Shown here: piece after piece, positions 12,205 through 22,577 of the stretch
How the letters are laid out: every line of letters starts with the position of its first letter
Position numbering within the stretch: position 1 is the stretch's first letter
Assembly (NCBI GenBank): GCA_038087875.1
Contig: CM075990.1
Location: 5,272,001-5,336,000, forward strand
DNA from: Malacoraja senta
Lineage: Eukaryota
Reading direction: 5' to 3'
DNA length: 64,000 nt
Program-made: the position numbers and the translations under genes
The notes under the pieces: model-generated
Databases searched by the model: none
What the model saw: the letters and a program-made list of their open reading frames with translations, nothing else
What the model was told of the DNA's origin: nothing

Positions 12205-13153
12205 CTAATCATCCTCTCTCCAGTTCTCTCAACTGCTCCTTGAGGTAGAAAATTCCGCATTCTCAATACACCATGGGTAAACTTTCCAATAATGTTCTCT
12301 TTGGGTTCTTAATATTTATATATATTCGAGGAGCTAAATGAAGTATCAGGTTTTTTTTCCCACTTAGTTTCTTGGTAAACTGTCCTCAAGACTATTAAAC
12401 TGGTTTAGAGATACAGCGTGGAAACAATCCCTTTGGCCCAGTGAGTCCACGCCGACCAAAGATCGCCCGTACGCTAGTTCAATGTTATCCCTGTTTTGTA
12501 TCGTAAACATTAGGGATAATTTACTGAACCCGATTAACCTACAAACCTGCACGTCTTTGGAGGAAACCAGAGCACCTGGAGAAAACCATGTGGTCATAGG
12601 GAGAATGTACAAACTCTGCACAGACAGCACTCGTTGTCAGGACCAAACCCGGGTCTCTGGCACTGTAAGGTAACAATTCTACCGCTGCGCCACCATGCCG
12701 CCCCATTCTTAAAGCATTGCTGAAACATAAGTCTACACCCGAAACATCACCTATTCCTTTTCTCCAGAGATGCTGTCTGTCCCGCTGAGTTACTCCAGCT
12801 TTTTGTGTCTATCTTTGGTTTCAACCAGCATCTGCAGTTCCTCCCTACACACCATTGTTGTGTGGTTGGTCTTTCAGGGTGTTTCAGTTATCTTATTCCT
12901 TTCATCCCTCATCAGTGTTGATCACACTGTGGGCCAGAGCTCTTGATTTAACTTTTATTTCTGCAAATTTCCACGTGAAATTAGCTGGAAATGTTTGCTC
13001 TTTAATAAATAAATATTTGAGGGAATGTAGAACATGCATGAACTGCAGAATAGAATGAGCTTTGGGTCCTATGGCTATACTCCTACCTGGTTCAGGAAGC
13101 AAAAGATTTGAAACCCACTCTGGTAACAGTATGTGCAGACCAGTAGCTCCAAC

Positions 13154-13558
13154 CTAAGATCCTATAGCGGAGCAAGATAGACCACTCCTCTCCTGTTAAA
13201 TGCAATGGGCTGATGTGTAGTACGCAACGGAACAGAACGTGGGCCTTTTTTACAACTATTTCCGTAACCCGACCCGACTCGCAGTGTAATCAACGTTGCG
13301 GGGGAACAGTTTGTGTTAATAAATTAAAATTCTGAAAATTTTGAGAAGATGTTTACCAAATAACCTTTATTTTGACGAGGATGTTTCCGTAACCGGCTTC
13401 CGTCGCCGCATTAGTTATCTTTGCTCCGCTATGGGATCTTTGGTGCTGTGACGGAAGCCGGTTACGGAAATGGGGCCTAAAATTACCCATGAATCTTCCC
13501 ATGAGCGTACTACGTCTTTTTCGTCGAGTGATCTATCTTGCTCGCGATAGGATCTTTG
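13154..13558. mobile_element. Non-autonomous DNA transposon with 8-bp TSD (hAT- or P-like)
   Basis: TIR c(t/a)aagatcctat...gagcaagataga. Perfect TSD gctccaac at 13146-13153 and 13559-13566. Confidence 0.8.
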
Positions 13559-14469
13559 GCTCCAACTCTGAATCCTGCTCTGATATCCCGCAGGATTCTG
13601 GGGATATTAAATGGAGAGGGAGAGGGAAAGGAAGCTAGGGGGAGCAGTTCTCATCTCGTCACGTTGATGGTGGGAACAAGTAACTCCCTCAAATTGAACA
13701 ATATTAACCTCGTAATGGCCAGTGTGAAGATGGTTATATCCAACAAAGTGGTGTCCGCATTAAGTCGCAATCCTTCCACCATTCCCACTGCCGAATCCAA
13801 TTTACTGTCAAGATATCTTCATCTTGGTTGGTATGGTCAAGTTGTGCCAAAAGGCCCGTTTCCATGCTGATATGACTTTATATCTTCAATTCTGGGCATG
13901 TAATCAATTAAACATTCCTAAACAAGTTAACTCGGTGTCTCAAAGTATTTCTAAAGCCCAAAATGACAGATAAATGTTGCCAATCCAGAGTAGCCCAGTG
14001 TCCTTTTCTATCTGATAGCTGAGGCCAGGATTTCTGGACTCCTTACTATTAACGATTGAGTTGTGAAGGAAAGGATCAAACCATTCCTATCTGAATGGAC
14101 TTTTGGAAGGCAACTGAAAATTGAGAGGTAACCTAATTTCCCCACCTCCTCCCACATTAGCAACCTGATGCCCTGGCAATCCACTGTCATAATGTTCCGT
14201 CCCTGATTGTGTTCCGAGCATTCACTCCTTGTTGGGGAGAGTGGATGGGGGAGCAGAGTTGCTGGAGTGGTGAGTGGTGGGATAGTGTCAAGGATGTTGT
14301 GGGCTTCAGGCGATGAAGACTCAATGCCAGCAGTTATGTCATCTACACAATATAATATTTTAATTCCCATTGTTCATGCCTCTTATCCATAGCTTCAAGT
14401 ATTGGTGGCCTTTTGTGGCACAATATTTCCGAGTCAGGCTCAGTTCAAAGCCCTCATTTTTGTAAAACC

Positions 14470-14660
14470 TCAGTTGACATTCCAGTACTGCACTCGCATG
14501 CTGCCACATTACTGGAGGTGCCTTTCAGCCACATGTTTAACCAACATTTTGTGTTCCATCTCAGGTGAATGGAAGGAAATATCTCATTGCACAATACGGA
14601 GAAGAGCAGAGAAGTTGCCTAGTGGTTGGCCAACTTCCATCCCTCAACCGACACCCAAAC
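14470..14660 (+). mobile_element. Old Deu-domain SINE remnant
   Basis: ggaggtgcc...tctcaggtgaatg...gaagagcag...ggccaac...tccctcaacc resembles the Deu domain of the AmnSINE/SacSINE group. Second copy at about 19720-19960 on the minus strand. Confidence 0.55.
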
Positions 14661-16014
14661 TAATGGCTACAATTGAATGGAGACACAATGAAATGCAGAT
14701 GCTGAGATCTTGAGCAAAGCACAAAGGCTGGAGAAACTCAACCGGTCAGGCAGCATCTGAGAAGAGAATGGACAGGTGACGTTTCAGGCCAGACTAAATA
14801 ATTAATTGTTGTACGTGCGATTTTGTTGCATACATCAGATTTGATGATAACATCTTACTCTGGTTAATGCTTTCGGGGAGAAACCCAGCACTAAGGAATG
14901 GCTATTGACACAAAATGCTGGAGTAACTCAGCGGGACAAGCAGCATCTCTGGAGGGAAGGAATGGGTGATGTTTCTGGTTGAGACTCTTCTTCAGGTCTA
15001 ATTACATTAGCCAACTCTTTTGCTTGTTATCTATCAAGCTGTAATATGTTGTGCAACGTTTACTTTTATGCAAACGGATGTAAAAAGTGTCTGTGCTGTG
15101 CATTGCCTCATGTTAACTAGGGCCTCCCATTCCTTCTCTCCAGAGATGCCGCCTGTCCCGCTGAGTTACTCCAGCTTTTTGTGTCTATCTTCGGTTTAAA
15201 CTAGCACTAAAGAACAGCTATGGCTATTGCCCATTGAGGTCCCCCTCACCCCATCATTCCCCAACTTATTGCTTTCCACTATGGTCCAGGTAACCTGATT
15301 AACATCAATTTACTGTTTAATGTTACTCCTGGCTAATCAAATTACAAAAGATAGACACAAATTGCTAGACAGGCAGCATCTCCGGAGAGGAATGGGTGAC
15401 GTTTTGGGTCGAGACCCTTCTTCAGACTTACGAAATCTATTTACACAATACAAATAGACAATATTCTTAAAGTAGCAGCATTATCACAAGAACCTAGAAT
15501 GTATTAATTCATTGGCTATACTGTATTAATTGGTCTAATTGTATTAGCCAACTCTTCTGCTTGTTATCTATCTATCAAGCTGTAATATGTTGTGCAACGT
15601 TTACTTTTATGCAAACTCTGCATTTTTTATGCAAATAAGTGTGAGCTGTTACTCCATGTTGTGCATTGCCTCACATTAACTTAATGTCGTAAAGTCATAG
15701 AATCATACCGTGTGGAAAGAGGCCCTTCGGCCCTACTTGCCCACACCGACCAACATGTCCCACCTACATTAGTCCCACTTGCCTGCATTTGGCCCATATC
15801 CCTCTAACCCTATCCAATCCAGGTACCTGTCTAATTGATTCTTAAACATTGCGATAGTCCCTGCCGCACTTATCTCCTCCGGCAGCTCGTTCCATTCACC
15901 CACCACCCTTTGTGTGAAACTTCTGTATTTCTTTTAACATGGACAAGATCTCTGCATTCCTCCAATTCTGGCTTTAACTATATCCTCAACTTCCTTCACT
16001 CTTCACGGTGGTGA

Positions 16015-16325
16015 GGGCGGCACGGTGGCGCAGCAGTAGGGTTGCTGCCTTACAGTGCCAGAGACCCGGGTTCGATCCTGACTACGGGTGCTTGTCTGTA
16101 CGTATTTTGTACGTTCTCCCCGTGACCTGCGTGGGTTTTCTCCGAGATCTTCGGTTTCCTCCCACACCCCAAAGACTCCATAGACGTATAGATTTGTAGG
16201 TTCATTGGCTTAATGTAAATTGTCCCTAGTGTGTGTAGGATAGTGTTAATGTGCGGAGATCATTGATCGGTGCGGACTCAGTGGGCCTGTTTCCACGCTG
16301 TATCTCTAAACTAAACTTATCTAAA
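16015..16325 (+). mobile_element. HE1/V-SINE-type tRNA-derived SINE (representative)
   Basis: A-box tggcgcagcagtagg, B-box ggttcgatcc, central ggtttcctcccac domain, (ctaaa)n tail. Further copies at about 1908-2205, 3930-4180, 8395-8685, 10263-10700, 12400-12700, 19120-19412, 27788-28045, 29090-29405, 35067-35390, 36375-36670, 37364-37925, 39905-40195, 41635-41918, 48005-48320 and 52708-53010. Confidence 0.88.
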
Positions 16326-17787
16326 CTCCAGCTTTATGTTTGGCTTTCTGGACCATTAACTCTAGAAATTCTTCCTTAAATTGTTTAATCTCTCCTCCTT
16401 ATTCTCACTCTTTATTTCAGTAACAACACTTTCTCTCCTCGTATGGTCTCCTTCCATCGCTCAGTGTTGATTAGACTTTAGAGAGTTACAGCGTGGAGAC
16501 AGCCTCTTCAGCCCACCAAGTCTGCGTCGACCAGCCATATTATCCGACACACTAAGGGGACAATTTACAATTTACAGAAGCCAATTAACCTATAAACCTG
16601 TACATCTATGGAGTGGCGTTCGATAACACTACTTTGAGGCATATTGAGATTTTCATCACATTCGTGCAAATTGCTCTTGGATTGGGCATCATGGAATGGC
16701 AAATCCCATCAATGGCCAATCCCGCCCTCTGACCGTCTTTCAATGTCCCTCTGTTTCTTCCCATGTTAAACTGTCAAGGTTGGTCTTATGTCCAGGGGAA
16801 GGTGGTCCTGAGTGGGTGGAAGAAAGGTGGGGTGGGGAATCAAAGTGGATTATGGTCAAAATTATATCTGTATATGACAGCGTGGAAAACAAGGTGAGAG
16901 CTCAACTTGGGAGCAAATGCCAACATCTATCAACACGTCCTTGTCTTATGTCTTTCCCTTTTAGCTGCATTATCCGATAAATACCAGTGCATCTTTTCAA
17001 ATATGAGTCACTTCACTAAAATGTATCTATCAAGTGGAACTCTTTAATACCCCCAAATCAGACAGTGGTAAATATAGGCTCACCTTTAGGTGAAATTGTT
17101 GCTGTACAGGACGTTTGGCGACTTTTAGTCTAGAAAAGAGGCTTCCAACAGGTGATGTTATTTGTACACCATAATTAAGATTGATTTCTAGGTGTAACAA
17201 TGAGAGTTGGACAAGGGAATACATGTATAAGCTAGCCAAATGTAACATGAGGATTTATACTGGGAGGTTCTTACAGCGGGTGAAAAACTCCCAGCAAAAA
17301 CATGGGCAACAAATGGCCCCAACAATAAGGGAAGTACAGTCTCTTTCAATGGGCTAATGAAGGTAGACCTGCCTTGCCTGCAAGTAAAAGGAAAAAGGGT
17401 CTCGACCCGAAACTTCACCCATTCCTTCTCTCCAGAGATGCTGACTGTCCCGTTGAGTTACTCCAGCATTTTGGGTCTACCTTCGATTTAAACCAACATC
17501 TGCAGTTCTTTCCTACACAGTAAAAGGAAGAATTGTTTGTGTATTAAAAAGTAAAAATCTGCAGATTTTAGTAACATGAAATAAAAACAGAAAATGCTTG
17601 GAGTCATCAGACGTCGGGGAGCATCTGTGGAGACAGTCACAAGAAACATTTTAAGCTGATAAACTTTTAAAAATAATTGGCCACTTGGATTCAAACTGGA
17701 AAGGCTGCTCATCTGGAGTTGTTCCATGCAATTCATGAGGTCTGTAAATGTGGCGAGTTAGAAGATGAGATCAACCTCAATTGAGGC

Positions 17788-18345
17788 GGAAAAAAGCTAA
17801 TCCTAAAATTTTGGAAGAAGGCTCCAATACCAACTATAAACATGTGGATTTCAAATATGTTCGAAACATTACACCTAGAAGAGATAAGACTCCTCCTGGC
17901 AGGTAAACCAGATCACTTCCATCTGACGTGGTCTGCATTTATAGAATTATTACAAATATAGGGTGCAAAGGTACCTTAAAAAAAAACTGAGGTCAGGTAA
18001 AGGGTGATGATAGTTGGAAAGTTGGTATGTTGTTTTTCTCTTTCTCCTCTTTCTCTTTCTCCTTCTTTTCTAGGGTCTATTTCTTAACTCTTTTTCTTTT
18101 GTTTTTAATTTTGTTCTTATAGGGTCTTCGTTCTGTCTTGTTGTCACACTTTCTACACTTTCACTTTTTCCTTCACTTTCTTCTTTCTTTCAATCTTATC
18201 CTTTCCTTTTACTAGTGTAAAAAACAAACGGAGTACATTAATTGTAAGAAGATATAAGTGACGAGTACTAATGTATGTGGTTGTAATGTAATGTACTTCT
18301 AATAAATAAAAAATTAAATTAAAAAAAAAAGGGAAAAAAAAAAAA
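17788..18345 (+). mobile_element. L1-clade LINE 3' end with polyA and TSD
   Basis: KKLILKFWKK...W...HLEEI...W ORF2-like C-terminus, T-rich UTR, aataaa plus polyA. TSD tcaattgaggc at 17777-17787 and 18346-18356. Confidence 0.82.
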
Positions 18346-18529
18346 TCAATTGAGGCAAGAGTGTAAAAGAGAAGATAGACACAAAAAGCTGGAGTAACTC
18401 AGTGGGTCAGACAGCATCTCTAGAAAGAAGGAAGAGGTGATGTTTTGGGTCGAGAATCTTCTTCAAAAGAGAAATCAGGCTTAGATTTCATAGAATACTA
18501 GTCCAGCCTCTGTGAAACAAGTGTTCATT

Positions 18530-19025
18530 TCTGATCACTGCATTGCAGAAAGGATGTGAAGACGTTAGAGAGGGCACAGAAAAAGGTTATAAAAATGGTT
18601 CCTGAGTGCAGCTAAGGATAGGTTAGAGAGGTTGGGACTGTTTTCTTTAGAGAAGAACATGCTGAGGGGAGAATTGATAAAAGTATGTAAGTTGATGAGG
18701 AGAATGAAAATAACGAATAGTGGAAGTCTGTCTACTTTCATGGAAGAGTAGAAGACTAGAGAGCACAGAAGTAAAATTCAGAGGAAGCAAGTTAAGAATG
18801 ACATAAAGAATAAGATTTGTATGCAGTGTGTGGATGGAATCTGCAACAAATTGTCTGTAGATGTGGTGGAGGCAGATTCCAGTGTGGCCTTCATACAGGA
18901 ATCGAATAAATATATGATTTGGGAAAATTTGCAAAGCTACGAAGGTTGGGTTGAGGGTGAACCCAGTGAGGTGCTCTGGTAGAGAATGGCATGGCCATGA
19001 TGGTCCAAATGGCTTCCTTCTGTAT
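18530..19025 (+). mobile_element. Old CR1 LINE 3' fragment
   Basis: Degenerate match to the CR1 ORF2 C-terminus seen in other copies in this window. Confidence 0.65.
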
Positions 19026-20354
19026 GACCACCATTCCGACCCTATATGACCAACCTTCGTATGGTCATTCAGTGCTGAATGACTTTCTTGGGGTCAACTC
19101 AGTTAGTACTTTCTTAGTGGGTGGCACGTTGGGGTAGCGGTAGAGCTACTGCCTTACAGCACCAGAGTCCGGGGTTCGATCCTGACTACGGGTGCTTGTC
19201 TGTACGGAGTTTATACGTTTTCTCCAAGATCTTCGGTTTCCTCCCACGCTCCAAAGACGTACAGGTTTATTGGTTAATTGGCTTGGTATAAATGTATAAA
19301 TGTAAAATTGTCCCAAGTGTGTGTGGGGTAGTGTTCATGCACGGGGATCGCTGGTCAGTGTGGACTCGGTGGGCTAAGGGACCTGTTTCCGCGCTGTATC
19401 TCTAAACTAAACTTCATCCTCCAACTGTGCTGCAGGTACCTAACTTCATACTCTTCTCCTTCGGAGCACATGCGCAGTCTGAAGACGGGTCATGACCCGA
19501 AACGTCACCCATTCCTTCTCTCCAGAAATGCTGCCTGCCCGCTGAGTTACTCCAGCATTTTGTGTCTGTCTTCAGTCACATGATTAATTCCTGACTGCTT
19601 ATTTAAGCCATGATCTCCTAACTGACCAGGCATCTGTATCTTTCCCTTTGCTTCTATAAATCCTGTTGCTCTAGGCTGTTAGCTTGTGTTGCAAATGTTG
19701 CCTTAGGTGAGACATCCATTTATCAGTCAACCGTTTTTTCCACGTGAATTGCAAGGTATCCTTCACGTTCTCCATTTACCCATCTGGTGTCGGAAGAACA
19801 AATCCTCATATCTGAAACGTTGCACCTCCGACCATGCAGCACTCCTTCAGTCTACAGAGAAATCAAATATCAGCCTTGATTGTATGGTCAAGTTTTTAGG
19901 TGAGATCTTGAACCCCAACTTTTTCCAACTCAAAGATGAACGCTAACACTGAGCCAATGTTAGCCGCCATTAAGTAATCCAATCAAAGTTGCCCATCCAC
20001 GATTCTATGAATCAGTTCAAAAGGCACTTAAAATATTTCAGTTCTGCTGAAAGAACATCTCCACTATTTTCTTATTTGATTTCAGATCTCCGTAGCCCCA
20101 AGATGCGTTTGCCTTTATTTTTATCCCTCGTGGTCAATCTCCCACTTTTGACGTTCATCAGTATATTTGTGTTGGATTGTATCTCTCTGCCTCCTTTTAT
20201 ATCACTCTACTGAAAGCCGCTCTCTCCCTCTTTTGGTCCTAGTTCTAAGAATCCCTTAAGATAGACACAAAATGCTGGAGTAACTCAGCAGTATCTCTAT
20301 AATAACAAGGTTTGCAAAATACGAAGCAGGGACGTACGCTCTGGAGGCCAAAGG

Positions 20355-20706
20355 AGACGCTAGAGGCAGGAAACATGTTCCCGATGTTGGGGGAGTCCAG
20401 AACCAGGGGCCACAGTTTAAGAATAAGGAGTAAGCCATTTAGAACGGAGACGAGGAAACACTTTTTCTCACAGAGAGTGGTGAGTCTGTGGAATTCTCTG
20501 CCTCAGAGGGCGGTGGAGGCCGGTTCTCTGGATACTTTCAAGAGAGAGCTAGATAGGGCTCTTAAAAATAGCGGAGTCAGGGGATATGGGGAGAAGGCAG
20601 GAACGGGGTACTGATTGGGGATGATCAGCCATGATCACATTGAATGGCGGTGCTGGCTTGAAGGGCCAAATGGCCTACTCCTGCACCTATTGTCTATTGT
20701 CTATTG
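20355..20706 (+). mobile_element. CR1 LINE 3' fragment (young subfamily)
   Basis: MFPMLGESRTRGHSLRI...FSQRVVSLWNSLP with a (ctattgt)n tail. Near-identical copies at about 24664-25010(-), 30608-30921(+) and 45814-46192(+). Confidence 0.9.
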
Positions 20707-21209
20707 AGACATGTCCTGAATTTCCAGAGAAAATAAAAGCAGAGGAACAAACAAGATGAGCTAATATCACAATTAGATGACCGATCATGATAAAAGAAAT
20801 AAATGTGTAGGAAGGAACTGCAGATGCTGATTTAAACCAAAGATAGACACAACATTTTGGAGTAACTCAGCGGGACAGGCAGCATCTCTGGAGAGAAACA
20901 TAGAAAATAGGTGCAGGAGTAGTACATTCAGCCCTTCGAGCCAGCACTGCCTTTCAATATGATCATGGTTGATCATCCAAAATCAGTGCCCCGTTCCTGC
21001 TTTTTCCCCATATCCCTTGATTCCGTTAGCCCTAAGAACTAAACCTAACTCTCTTGAAAGCATCCAGTGAATTGGCCTCCGCTGCCTTCTGTGGCAGAGA
21101 ATTCCACAGATCCACAACACTCTGGGTGAATTTTTTTTCGTAATCTCAAGTCCTAAATGACCGACCCCTTATTCTTAAGATGGAATGGGTGGCGTTTCGG
21201 GTCGAGGGT

Positions 21210-21739
21210 ATCCCTCATGTGCAGTTGCAGGATCTCTAAAGTATCTCTCAGTCCGGCTGCCCCGGTCTCAGAGGCGCCCTCTATAGGGTTGGATCTCGCC
21301 ACGATGTTCCTGTTGGCTTGTGGATTCAGTGGAGCGAGGAGTTGCTGGAGTACCAGGCGGTCTGGTGCTGAACAGGCGGGCGGAGGAGCGGGGGCAAAGA
21401 GAGGGATCAGTAAGTGGAGGCGTGGGAGCGGTGGGGTGGGCAGGGTGGGGGCTATATCTGTGACTCCGGACCTCGAAAGAGACCTCCAGGCGATAAGCAG
21501 CGTTGAACCATTCCAGCTCCAGAATCCAGGCGTCCGTGTGGAATATTTCAGTGGAAGGAAAAGAAAGTAAACACTTAACTAGCAGTGATGTGGGACTGTG
21601 GAGAGCTGTGTGCACAATCTTGCTGCTCCTGGATTTGCCAGCACCGGCGAATACTCACTGATCCTTGCTCCGGCTTGTGTTACAGTGATTGGCGGAGCTC
21701 GTCCACATGCATAGAGTCGCAGACGCCGTCTGCCCTGGA
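21210..21739 (+). promoter_or_regulatory. Probable promoter / 5' UTR of the TMEM150A-like gene
   Basis: Non-repetitive GC-rich stretch directly upstream of the ATG, with GC-box-like motifs (gggcgg near 21377, ggggtggg near 21432) and a TATA-like ctatat near 21453. A possible acceptor (ttacag, 21685) suggests a short 5' UTR intron. Confidence 0.55.
21274..21287 (-). promoter_or_regulatory. CTCF-like motif upstream of the TMEM150A-like gene
   Basis: The minus strand reads CCTATAGAGGGCGC, a weaker CTCF core match. Confidence 0.3.
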
Positions 21740-21804
21740 ATGACAGCCTGGGTCATCCTTCCCGTTAGCCTGTCCGTGTCCACCATCACAGCGCTGTGGG
21801 TCGT
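21740..21804 (+). CDS. TMEM150A: TMEM150A-like transmembrane protein, first coding exon ([22 protein letters not shown])
   Basis: ATG at 21740, 65 nt, ends at GT|gtgagt donor. Translation closely matches the recalled human TMEM150A N-terminus ([22 protein letters not shown]). Too short for the ORF track. Ortholog versus paralog is unresolved. Confidence 0.93.
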
Positions 21805-22151
21805 GTGAGTATCGCCACTAATGCACCGGCTTCCGCGTTAGCACTATGAAGTTGTACCCGAGGCATCTCTGCCAAGCCAAAGCTTTTTAACACTCTTGTA
21901 TCAACAAGATTCAGAAACCTCTTCTCTGCCTCTTCACTGCAACTATCGGCGGCTTCTGAATCTTGTTGACAAACTTTGTCCCATTGCAGATTCGCGTTTG
22001 CCTGTATTGTCACTTTCTGTCGCTGTAACCACACAGCTGCCTATTCTGATATTGAGTGTCATTGTCTGTAACTCGTTTTCACCTAGTCCCTGGTAGACAA
22101 AAGTGCTGGAGAAACTCAGCGGGTGCAGCAGCATCTATGGAGCGAAGGAAA

Positions 22152-22577
22152 GAGGCTTGTACTCGCTAGAATTTAGACGATTGAGGGGGGATCTTATAGA
22201 AACTTACAAAATTCTTAAGGGGTTGGACAGGCTAGATGCAGAAAGATTGTTCCCGATGTTGGGGAAGTCCAGGACAAGGGGTCACAGTTTAAGGATTAAG
22301 GGGAATTCCTTTAGGACCGAGATGAGAAAAACATTTTTCACACAGAGAGTGGTGAATCTCTGGAACTCTCTGCCACAGAAGGTAGTTGAGGCCAGATCAT
22401 TGGCTATATTTAAGAGGGAGTTAGATGTGGCCCTTGTGGCTAAAGGGATCAGGGGGAGAAGGCAGGTACAGGATACTAAGTTGGATGATCAGCCATGATC
22501 ATATTGAATGGCGGTGCAGGCTCGAAGGGCCAAATGGCCTACTCCTGCACCTATTTTCTATGTTTCTATGTTTCTAT
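22152..22577 (+). mobile_element. CR1 LINE 3' fragment inside a Penelope-derived hairpin
   Basis: GLYSLEFRRLRGDLIETYKILKG with a (tttctatg)n tail, between inverted arms at 22093-22151 and 22577-22650. Confidence 0.9.

Noticed and set aside
16015..16090. tRNA genes
   Set aside because: The A and B boxes belong to SINE heads followed by SINE bodies; no complete cloverleaf with terminator.
19989..20213. Hydrophobic ORF as first TMEM150 exon
   Set aside because: No family similarity and no suitable donor; the exon at 21740 fits exactly.
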